From a virus (lineage: Duplodnaviria; Caudoviricetes): a stretch of DNA of 64,000 nt. Below are positions 17,494 through 25,480 of this stretch, piece by piece. The stretch is taken from the IMG/VR virus record IMGVR_UViG_3300008107_006173; one strand, written 5' to 3'. The position numbers and the translations under genes were made by a program. The notes under the pieces are model-generated. The model ran no database searches and was not told where the DNA came from. It was given only the letters and a program-made list of their open reading frames with translations. Position 1 is the first letter of the stretch; each line of letters starts with the position of its first letter.

Positions 17494-18474
17494 TTACTTT
17501 TTGCGTTTCTTTTCCCATGCTACTGCATGAGCAACAATATCTTCTAAACCGTAAACTGGTTCCCAACCAAGCACTTCCTTGGCTTTTGAAATGTCAGCCC
17601 ACGTCTTTGCGGGATCACCCTGTCTTGCATTTTCTAAAAACATGCTAATAGTTTTACCGGTTTCTTTTTCTACTGCGTTGATAACTTCCTTAACTGAATA
17701 GGGCTTACCAGCGCCCAAGTTAAATGCAGCACTTTCGTTACCATCATCTAGATAGTTCATTGCATTAATATGTGCTCTAGCAATATCGTAAACATGCGTA
17801 TAATCGCGTTCTGCTGTACCATCCTTAGTTGGATAGTCGGTGCCAAATACAGGCACAGTTTCATCTGCTAACGCTCGCTGCACTACAATAGGAACTAGGT
17901 GCCCCGGAGGATCCTGTGTGTATCCGCACTGACTGTCTGGATCTGCACCTGCTGCATTAAAATATCTCAATGATACAAACTTCATATTACTGTATGCTTG
18001 CTCGTAGTCCTTGAGGATCATTTCAATCATTGTCTTACTGCGAGCATATGGGCTAATAGGCAGCATCGGATCTGTTTCTTTATTTGGATTGCCGCTAGTG
18101 CCACCATAGATTGAGCTTGAACTGCTGAAGATAAAGTTCTTTACACCTGCTGCTACAGCATGATTAAGCAGATTAATAGTATTAGCAACATTATTAGTGT
18201 AGTATCCTGCAGGGTCAATAAAACTTTCAGTTACCTGATGAGTTGCAGCAAGATGAATAATAGTGTCGGGTTTAGTTAGTTGTAGAATGCCCTTGAGTTG
18301 ATGATTGTCAATATCAAATGGATACTGATGTACCCCGGGTATTTCGCATTTCTTTCTATCAACATTAATAACATTATGCCCTGCTTGAACTAGCAGCCTA
18401 CAAGTAAGGTTACCGATAAAGCCACTGCCTCCGGTTACTAATACTGTCTTTGGTTCTCGTTCAATGTTTTTCAT
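17494..18474 (-). CDS. galE: UDP-glucose 4-epimerase
   Basis: GGSGFIG, FSSSSS, YARSK (YxxxK), LRYFNAAGA, DGTAERDYTHV. Confidence 0.85.
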   Translation of the reverse strand: MKNIEREPKTVLVTGGSGFIGNLTCRLLVQAGHNVINVDRKKCEIPGVHQYPFDIDNHQLKGILQLTKPDTIIHLAATHQVTESFIDPAGYYTNNVANTINLLNHAVAAGVKNFIFSSSSSIYGGTSGNPNKETDPMLPISPYARSKTMIEMILKDYEQAYSNMKFVSLRYFNAAGADPDSQCGYTQDPPGHLVPIVVQRALADETVPVFGTDYPTKDGTAERDYTHVYDIARAHINAMNYLDDGNESAAFNLGAGKPYSVKEVINAVEKETGKTISMFLENARQGDPAKTWADISKAKEVLGWEPVYGLEDIVAHAVAWEKKRKK

Positions 18475-19556
18475 GATATGTGTTTCCTAATTGTTTCGTA
18501 TAAAATCTTGCCGCTGAAGAAATCTTGTTGTAATATGTTTACTTGTGCTTCTATTTGTTCCAGTCTAGCATCATAAGAATCTATGTGTTGCGCGATCAGC
18601 TGACACAATTGCTGGCGATTCGCCTCATATGCAGCATATGATTCAGTCCATTCACTGGGATATTTAAATGTGTCAAGCGCCATTTCACTGTAGCTAAGAC
18701 GATCTGGTACAAGTGGTATCGCACCAACTGCTGCACCTTCATACCAACTGATACCTAATGTTTCTTGTAGATTAGCACTGAATACCATCTTAGCCTCTCC
18801 CAAAAGATCATGATATTCTTGCTTGGTTAGATTTCGCTCTTGGCAAACAACAAAATCGTATTGCGGTAGATGCTTGGCTAAGTCTTTAAAAATATCTAGT
18901 TGTTTTTCAGGAGCGATGCGATGCGGGAACAATATCAAATTACGCTTGCTTTTATTTTTGTGACCATACATCATATGCTCTAGGTATTCCATGGGCCATC
19001 CACATCGAACAATCTTACCCTCTTGACCATATCTTTGGCGAACAGTTTCTGGATCTATCCCTAGTAGGTTTAAGCTAAACAAATCAATATGAAAATCAGT
19101 GGCAAAGTAGTTATGATCGATTGCATAAAAAAGCGCCTTTTCAGTATGCCTTACCCACGGAGCATTGCCTATAAGCCGACCCAAGAAGTCTGCAGGGTCG
19201 TAACTGCCAGCATGCCACATACCACCAATTATAATCTTAATACCTAGCAATTCTGCCATGTACTTTAGTTGTAGGATTGTTGGGTTCCATGCATCAGTAT
19301 AAAGGAAATAGTCACCGTCTTTGATTTTACCAGCAGCAAACATTTGCGAAATAGTTTTTAGTTGTTCGCTTTTCCAATAGTTAGTACCACTAAAGTTTAG
19401 AAATGCTCCCGGGGTTGTATCCTGCGGAGCATCACTTGGACCTTCAATTACTTCAACAGGAAGTCCTGCCATCAGCATCTGTGACGGCAGGAACTGCTTC
19501 CATTGTTTAGTATATCTAGTCTCTACCGGTTCTAGTTCAACGATATAAACTGTCAT
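18471..19556 (-). CDS. GT-B (GT4-like) glycosyltransferase
   Basis: FPHRIAPEKQ and QETLGISWYEGAAVGAIPLV (EX7E motif). Confidence 0.75.
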   Translation of the reverse strand: MTVYIVELEPVETRYTKQWKQFLPSQMLMAGLPVEVIEGPSDAPQDTTPGAFLNFSGTNYWKSEQLKTISQMFAAGKIKDGDYFLYTDAWNPTILQLKYMAELLGIKIIIGGMWHAGSYDPADFLGRLIGNAPWVRHTEKALFYAIDHNYFATDFHIDLFSLNLLGIDPETVRQRYGQEGKIVRCGWPMEYLEHMMYGHKNKSKRNLILFPHRIAPEKQLDIFKDLAKHLPQYDFVVCQERNLTKQEYHDLLGEAKMVFSANLQETLGISWYEGAAVGAIPLVPDRLSYSEMALDTFKYPSEWTESYAAYEANRQQLCQLIAQHIDSYDARLEQIEAQVNILQQDFFSGKILYETIRKHIS

Positions 19557-19559
19557 GTG

Positions 19560-20234
19560 TTATTTTCTATTACCAAAAAGTTGTAGCAAGTTTAAGAACA
19601 GGTTAATAAAGTCTAGATAAAGAGTTAATGCACCTGTAACTTCTGCATTACCTCTGTTATCAAACATAATCATTTCTCTGATCTTTTGTGTATCATAGGC
19701 TGTCAAACCTAAGAAAATAATTACAGCAAGAGCACTGATTACCATTTGCATCAGTGTACTACCAATAAAGATATTGATAATACTTGCAATAATAATACCG
19801 ATTAGACCTACAAACATAAATGACCCAACACTGGTTAGATCCTTTTTAGTTGTATAGCCGTATAGTGTCATTGCTAGGAACAAACATGCTGCTCCTAAAA
19901 ATGCCTGTACAATACTTAGTGCAGTATATACAGCAAAGATAGTAGCAAAGCTCAGACCCATTAGTGCAGCAAAACCGTGCAGCATTAGTTGTGCAGTCTG
20001 TTTCGATGCTGTGGGCATCTTAAATGAAATAAAGAATACTGCGGCCAGCGGCGCAAAGATCACAATCCACTTGGTAATACCTGTAAAGAAGAAATTGAGT
20101 AATTCAGGACTATTACCAACAAAATAGCTTACTAGCATTGAATTAACTACAGCTAGAAACATATTTTGATAAACACGAGTCATTGCTGCGTTTACTTTAA
20201 CTGCATCAGCTCTTACTGATTCTCTATAAAACAT
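19560..20234 (-). CDS. Bax inhibitor-1/YccA family membrane protein
   Basis: About 7 TM segments, AYDTQKI, ALTLYLDFINLF. Confidence 0.9.
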   Translation of the reverse strand: MFYRESVRADAVKVNAAMTRVYQNMFLAVVNSMLVSYFVGNSPELLNFFFTGITKWIVIFAPLAAVFFISFKMPTASKQTAQLMLHGFAALMGLSFATIFAVYTALSIVQAFLGAACLFLAMTLYGYTTKKDLTSVGSFMFVGLIGIIIASIINIFIGSTLMQMVISALAVIIFLGLTAYDTQKIREMIMFDNRGNAEVTGALTLYLDFINLFLNLLQLFGNRK

Positions 20235-20243
20235 TTTAATCTC

Positions 20244-21365
20244 CTATTCCCAACTAAATGGGCCTTTCTTTTTTACACCAAAGTTCTTATAAGTTAAAAT
20301 CTTTTCTAAATCATTTCTATCCTTTAGTGATAAAAATTCATTTGCAAAGTGCAGTTCGACTTCGTTCTGTAGTGCTAAATTTAGTATCTTATTAGCAATT
20401 ATAGCATCGTCCGGTAAGGAATGCAAGCTAAAAAGTACAATAGCGTCAGGCTTTTGAAAAATATAATCTTGTAAAATGGGTAACCATGGTAAGAATTCAT
20501 TTTCAAATTGTACACCAGTGTGATTAATTTTGTGTTTAGCACAGTACGAATCAATAGTACCTCGCTGTATATACATAGGTATGTTAGAATCAAATTCTGT
20601 ATTGTTGCTGGTATATGCAACTACAACCTTACCTGTATAATCTAGCGGTGTATCCTGTGCGTAATCCCCGGGTAGTCTAAAGAAACCGCCCGGCTGTCTT
20701 CGCCAATATTCTTCACCTTCGATTAGTATATGCCAGTCAATACTCATTCTCGTATAGCCTGTTTCATTATTAACATTGCCATGAATGTGTTCTTGATGAA
20801 ACAGATGTGCTTGCCCGGGTATTATTTCTACCGGCTTAGAATATTTTACGCATTCTTCTTCAAATTTAGAAAGAGGCCATTGTTCAGCTATAACAGTTTT
20901 CGTAATGCGTTGACTATTATCAGTATCCATAATCCACATACTGTTAGTACCTTCGCACTTGGTGAGAGCCATCCAGATGGTCCGCTGGCCTCTTCCATTT
21001 GAATAGAAGATTCCCTGATGAAAGGGTAATCTTCTAGCTTTTTTTGCTTGATTAGGAAGTACTACATTTAGTGTAGCATTTCTTTTTATTAGATACTTCT
21101 TGTTACTGATTAGATTTTTTGCATATTCTTCAGCGAAAGAATCAAACCTCTGCATGAATTCTTTTCGGCCAAATGCTGCCTGAACATATGCTTGTATTTT
21201 CACAAGCTCAGGAACATCAACGACCTCATGAATTGTTTCCAAACTTTTTACATCTGGGCGGATCTCATTAATGATATCTAGCACCCATTTGTTCCATGGA
21301 TACTTCTCTAGATTGTAATCTAGGGTTTTATTTTCCCATGCAGAGGTTGTATCTAAATCAAACAT
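20244..21365 (-). CDS. StrG-like 2OG-Fe(II) oxygenase fused to a C-terminal resolvase-like/LIC12192-like domain
   Basis: LPFHQG..TIWMALT, HIHGNVNNETGYTRMSID; C-domain IQRGTIDSYC..DAIVLFSLHSLP..HFANE. Confidence 0.6.
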   Translation of the reverse strand: MFDLDTTSAWENKTLDYNLEKYPWNKWVLDIINEIRPDVKSLETIHEVVDVPELVKIQAYVQAAFGRKEFMQRFDSFAEEYAKNLISNKKYLIKRNATLNVVLPNQAKKARRLPFHQGIFYSNGRGQRTIWMALTKCEGTNSMWIMDTDNSQRITKTVIAEQWPLSKFEEECVKYSKPVEIIPGQAHLFHQEHIHGNVNNETGYTRMSIDWHILIEGEEYWRRQPGGFFRLPGDYAQDTPLDYTGKVVVAYTSNNTEFDSNIPMYIQRGTIDSYCAKHKINHTGVQFENEFLPWLPILQDYIFQKPDAIVLFSLHSLPDDAIIANKILNLALQNEVELHFANEFLSLKDRNDLEKILTYKNFGVKKKGPFSWE

Positions 21366-21367
21366 GA

Positions 21368-21547
21368 TTATAGCGAGTTCTTCTTGTCCTGAATCTCAGC
21401 ACGACGAACCTTAGTTAACTTACCTAGTTCGCCTAGCGCCTTACGAGCACGAGCAGCCGCGGCCTTTACGCCCTTAACTTCAAACGCTTCTGATTCCTTT
21501 AGGTATTCATCGAATACTGCCTTAATCTTTAGATGTGTCTCGGTCAT
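21368..21547 (-). CDS. Histone H1-like (Hc1-type) basic protein, 59 aa; not in the ORF track
   Basis: Hand translation MTETHLKIKAVFDEYLKESEAFEVKGVKAAAARARKALGELGKLTKVRRAEIQDKKNSL; SD AGGAG. Confidence 0.75.
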   Translation of the reverse strand: MTETHLKIKAVFDEYLKESEAFEVKGVKAAAARARKALGELGKLTKVRRAEIQDKKNSL

Positions 21548-21559
21548 ATGTTTCTCCTG

Positions 21560-21970
21560 TTATCTAAAATATGTTGGACCGTCTACTTGCCAATCATCTG
21601 ATGGCTTTGGAAAGTCAATTTCGCAACCGTTTTCATTATCTTCGGCTACGCTGATTTTTAGCCAACGATCAGGGAATCTACCCCTAATTGTTTTAGCTAA
21701 ATCTTCTGCGATCATTTCGCAGCTCTTGTGATTCAGTTCTAGTACACCCTGACTGTACTGACGTTCCATCCAACGCTTGAACTGAATAAATTCAATGTCT
21801 CGATCATCGTGAAATACTTCGATCCAGACTTTGAAATGGAAAATGTGCCTGTGCGGCACACCTAGAAAACTTACATCGTCCCAGCCGCCTGTGGCTAACT
21901 TAGGATCAGTATCGGCACCCGGATACATATGGATGCCTTCTTTTTGAAATGTGACCCAAATAGTTTTCAT
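21560..21970 (-). CDS. QueD-like T-fold protein with LxxxHRHxF motif (DpdL-like candidate)
   Basis: GIHMY, FLGVPHRHIFHF, DRDIEF, SCEMIAE, VAEDNENG; lacks the canonical QueD CxxxHGH. Confidence 0.7.
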   Translation of the reverse strand: MKTIWVTFQKEGIHMYPGADTDPKLATGGWDDVSFLGVPHRHIFHFKVWIEVFHDDRDIEFIQFKRWMERQYSQGVLELNHKSCEMIAEDLAKTIRGRFPDRWLKISVAEDNENGCEIDFPKPSDDWQVDGPTYFR

Positions 21971-22170
21971 TCTTTGTCCTTAGTCTCTTTTTCTCTTGCA
22001 CGCCTTAACAGTTCTTCGTGGATTTCGTAATCGTAGTATTTGCCTGTTTCTTTTCTTAGACGATTGCGTTCAGAAATGTATTTGTTTGATTCAATGATAA
22101 ACCAAGTTAGAATAGAAAAGAAAATAAATGCGGCTGTGCCTACCATTATATTAATAATAAGTTCAATCAT
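21967..22170 (-). CDS. Small membrane-anchored protein, 67 aa
   Basis: N-terminal hydrophobic helix. Confidence 0.6.
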   Translation of the reverse strand: MIELIINIMVGTAAFIFFSILTWFIIESNKYISERNRLRKETGKYYDYEIHEELLRRAREKETKDKE

Positions 22171-22349
22171 TTCTTATACTCCTTTTCTATCTGTTCTAAT
22201 TCTTCTGGAAACTTAGCGCCGCACTTTCTAACAAATTTGATAAATTTGAGAAATACTTCTTGCAGATCCTGCTCAGTTTCTAGACTTTCAACTTCTATAG
22301 TTGTACTAACAATAACTCCATCATCATCACATTCTAATTTTATATTCAT
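22167..22349 (-). CDS. Hypothetical protein, 60 aa
   Basis: Follows the promoter at 22357-22384. Confidence 0.55.
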   Translation of the reverse strand: MNIKLECDDDGVIVSTTIEVESLETEQDLQEVFLKFIKFVRKCGAKFPEELEQIEKEYKK

Positions 22350-22356
22350 ATATTTT

Positions 22357-22384
22357 ATAGTATTGCACTTTGGATAAAGGTCAA
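22357..22384 (-). promoter_or_regulatory. sigma70-like promoter TTGACC-N16-TACTAT
   Basis: Read directly from the sequence. Confidence 0.5.
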
Positions 22385-22899
22385 GTAATTACTTCATCCT
22401 TAGTGTATTTAGACCAATCCGTAAATTGTTCTCTGTTTTGTAGGCTGTGTAAGCTGTGACACCAAACACCCGGATTAGATTCTTTAAATCCTTTGTCGTC
22501 AATCTTAACTGTAGCATTATAATTGTATAATCTAATATAGGGTAGCTTAACACTAATCATGGGGATAAAGTTATCATATTCATTCCAACCATTATCGTGG
22601 AACCACGGATGATTAGCATATTTGCTGTCAAAATCTAATGTAACCCAAATACCATCTTTTAGTAATCCGGTAACTAACTTATCCCAATTCTCCCATTCTT
22701 TCTCATTGGGCGCAAAACTTTGATTAGCACCTAGATAGATATGTGGACATTTATTGTTTAATGCACGAGCTAAAATTTCTTCCTTGGGCTGTAGTCCTAC
22801 AACAAACAGAGTTCTCTGTCCATATGCAGGTGTATGCTCTACTTCAGTTCCAATAAAGAACTTTGTGCTATCGTCATGACCGTCTCTATTCTTCACCAA
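22381..22899 (-). CDS. Hypothetical protein coupled to the TGT-like gene, 172 aa
   Basis: 14-nt overlap with the TGT-like gene; FIGTEVEHT, HIYLGAN. Confidence 0.75.
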   Translation of the reverse strand: MVKNRDGHDDSTKFFIGTEVEHTPAYGQRTLFVVGLQPKEEILARALNNKCPHIYLGANQSFAPNEKEWENWDKLVTGLLKDGIWVTLDFDSKYANHPWFHDNGWNEYDNFIPMISVKLPYIRLYNYNATVKIDDKGFKESNPGVWCHSLHSLQNREQFTDWSKYTKDEVIT

Positions 22900-24442
22900 A
22901 GCCTCCCATCATTGCAGGATCAAGCATTTCTTCTTCTCTGCTAACAGTCTCGTCGTGTACTGCGGTTGACGCTTCTTCAAAGAAACTTGTATCGAGATGT
23001 GTTTCAGTAGCATAGCTACCAAAGCTAATTTCTTCTAGGAACTTGCTGTACTTGTCAATAAGTTCGTATGGGTTAGGACATGCTGGATCTAGCACTTCTT
23101 GTACGAAACTATCAAAGTATACCACACTATATGGAATATATGGGCTAAACTCGTTTGTTCCTTTATTGGTCTTGTCATTGATCCAATCACTGTAATGTAC
23201 ATTAGCGCGATACTTTTCCATATCAGCTAAACGATTAGCTTCCTGAACCGCAGTGATATGATTGTACACGCTATGCGCCATATAGTAAAGGTAGCTCTGT
23301 GTATCCCAGCTTGTGCTTTCTTTAGTTTTTGCTTTATCGTTACGATCTAAATCACCCTCTTCCATGCAGCAGATATCACCTGCAACAAGGCGTTCCATAA
23401 TCGGACCATTGAACGGCATAGGCAATGTACTGCCCTTGAGCTTCTGATTATCAAATGCTCGGTTCATAAAGTAACCAAAACGCTTGGGCGAGAAGTAGTT
23501 GTAGCTGTAGCACTGACCGTATGCAGTATTCACAAACGGACTAGCTGCGTCAAAACTAATTGTAATATTAGGACTATCATGCTTACGAAGCATACGCTGA
23601 ATGCTGGTAAGGTAGCAAGCCCAATTCAATTTACCTGTACCAAGGAAGTGAATCCAACCCTTACCTTCTAAGAGACCATCTTCTCGTAACTTAAGAATAC
23701 GCTTAAGGGCAATGGGCATATTACGCATGTTAATACCTGCGAAAGCATAGCCTTCTAGTGTGCGATCAGCATCACCATAATTGGCAGCAACAAACTTTGG
23801 ATCACTAAAATGTTTTACACTTTCATACCAATCATCTGCACTTTTTTGATCGGTACCTGAAAGAACATTAAGAAACTTAGTTTTTCCTGGTACACGATTG
23901 CGTACAAAATAATCTAAATTCAACATACTAATATCAATGGTATCTTGAATCTTTGTAAGACCGGTTTTCTTATTGTATGGTGGAACGGCAGCAAAGCCTG
24001 GAATATCCAATGTCATTGCCCAGTCTGCTGTGTGTTCAAGCCAGCGTAGAATCTTTTCGCAAAGTTCTAAGCGACTTGGATCATTAGGATCTTTAGCGTT
24101 AGACCAATCAAGTTTTAGCACACCACTAGCAACCTGAAATCCACCGGAGTCGCCTAAGATAGTTGTTACATTTCGATCGCGCAATTGAACCATTGGCTCT
24201 TCGGTATCGCTGCGAGCAGGATCTAAGTGTGCGTGACCTGCCGAGTATAGTCCGTATGGATAATGGTAATAGGACTGATCCTTTTTAAGGAAATCAAGTC
24301 CTGCATTACCTAATTCAAACCCAGCTGGTGTACGCCAGTCACTAGGATTAGCTAGTGTCTTTTGTAGTTGCTTGGTATAGAAACTGCTGATAGCAGGCAA
24401 ATATACCGCATAATCACTCTGACGCTTACCTAAATCTTTCAT
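22886..24442 (-). CDS. TGT/DpdA-like guanine transglycosylase-fold protein, 518 aa
   Basis: ILGDSGGFQ, AMTLDIP, IHFLGTG, ISFDAASP, late HSV; canonical CxCxxC zinc site not evident; located in the folE/queE/queD-like cluster. Confidence 0.8.
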   Translation of the reverse strand: MKDLGKRQSDYAVYLPAISSFYTKQLQKTLANPSDWRTPAGFELGNAGLDFLKKDQSYYHYPYGLYSAGHAHLDPARSDTEEPMVQLRDRNVTTILGDSGGFQVASGVLKLDWSNAKDPNDPSRLELCEKILRWLEHTADWAMTLDIPGFAAVPPYNKKTGLTKIQDTIDISMLNLDYFVRNRVPGKTKFLNVLSGTDQKSADDWYESVKHFSDPKFVAANYGDADRTLEGYAFAGINMRNMPIALKRILKLREDGLLEGKGWIHFLGTGKLNWACYLTSIQRMLRKHDSPNITISFDAASPFVNTAYGQCYSYNYFSPKRFGYFMNRAFDNQKLKGSTLPMPFNGPIMERLVAGDICCMEEGDLDRNDKAKTKESTSWDTQSYLYYMAHSVYNHITAVQEANRLADMEKYRANVHYSDWINDKTNKGTNEFSPYIPYSVVYFDSFVQEVLDPACPNPYELIDKYSKFLEEISFGSYATETHLDTSFFEEASTAVHDETVSREEEMLDPAMMGGFGEE

Positions 24443-24443
24443 A

Positions 24444-25202
24444 TTAACCCTTTGCTGGTAGTAGGTATGTATACTCGCCTAGTCCGCTCAATACCTTAAT
24501 CTGTAGCAAACCTTTGTTGTTGATGCTTAGTACGATGTTTGCACTATCACCCAGGCGCAGGATCTTTAGCACGATGTCTAAAGGCCAGCGAAACTCGTGT
24601 GTGATATCGCCATCAACACCCTCTGCAATAAGAATCTTTGTACGGTCACTTACACCATCACCAATGTGAAAGTACAGTTTGCCATCCTTGGTCTTTGGAG
24701 CAAAGTTAGCCTCATATGCACCAAGTACGCTGTTGAAGTAACCGAGATCCTTTAGGTTCTTTGCTGTTGGAATGATGTTAACATCAAACTCTGCACCCTT
24801 AAACTTGATTTCCTTTAACTGCTGATTAACAACATCAGCGAGCATAAAGCGATAGTGTGCGTCAGTGCCGTCAGCAGCAACAAACTCAACTTCAACTGGA
24901 ACATCTTCACCGTTACGATTCTGCGTTGTTACCTGAACAGTTGCACCTTCATCGTCAAACCCAGGATATTGCAAGTAGCCCTGCAACACGCCCATACGGC
25001 TTAGGCCGATAGTAGCGTCAACAAAGTCTGGTACAGGGTTTACAGTCTTACCCTTAAAGATAACAGTCTTATCTCCGTCAACAGTTTCAACAGACGTTTC
25101 TTCCATTGTACCTGAGATTTTTACCATTTCAAAAATACCCAAACTATGGGTATGCTTTAGCACATCCTTAAGGGTGTCTTTAATATAATTATTCTTAGCC
25201 AT
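24444..25202 (-). CDS. Putative sliding clamp (gp45-like), 252 aa
   Basis: Size, two-domain beta-rich pattern and position next to polB; no diagnostic motif. Confidence 0.55.
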   Translation of the reverse strand: MAKNNYIKDTLKDVLKHTHSLGIFEMVKISGTMEETSVETVDGDKTVIFKGKTVNPVPDFVDATIGLSRMGVLQGYLQYPGFDDEGATVQVTTQNRNGEDVPVEVEFVAADGTDAHYRFMLADVVNQQLKEIKFKGAEFDVNIIPTAKNLKDLGYFNSVLGAYEANFAPKTKDGKLYFHIGDGVSDRTKILIAEGVDGDITHEFRWPLDIVLKILRLGDSANIVLSINNKGLLQIKVLSGLGEYTYLLPAKG

Positions 25203-25204
25203 GT

Positions 25205-25405
25205 TTATTCGCGCTCCATTGCTGCTGCTTCTTTGATTAGTTCTACAAGTTCTTCAATTGAATTACAGGTAATTTTTGCTGTAGCCCAATCATCCTTTTT
25301 ATTCTGTCCGCCAATTTCAAGCATGAAGCCATTGTCGTACATGTTAACACTAAAGTTGTCATTTACTTTTGCAAGTTTGTCTGCAATCTTAGTTACTTTT
25401 GCCAT
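25205..25405 (-). CDS. Hypothetical protein, 66 aa
   Basis: SD AGGAGA, follows a promoter. Confidence 0.7.
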   Translation of the reverse strand: MAKVTKIADKLAKVNDNFSVNMYDNGFMLEIGGQNKKDDWATAKITCNSIEELVELIKEAAAMERE

Positions 25406-25428
25406 AATGATTCTCCTAGATTTTGTTT

Positions 25429-25456
25429 AGTATACATTAATATTTAGATCTGTCAA
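25429..25456 (-). promoter_or_regulatory. sigma70-like promoter TTGACA-N16-TATACT
   Basis: Read directly from the sequence. Confidence 0.7.
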
Positions 25457-25480
25457 GTGAAATCATACACTTTTCTTTGA

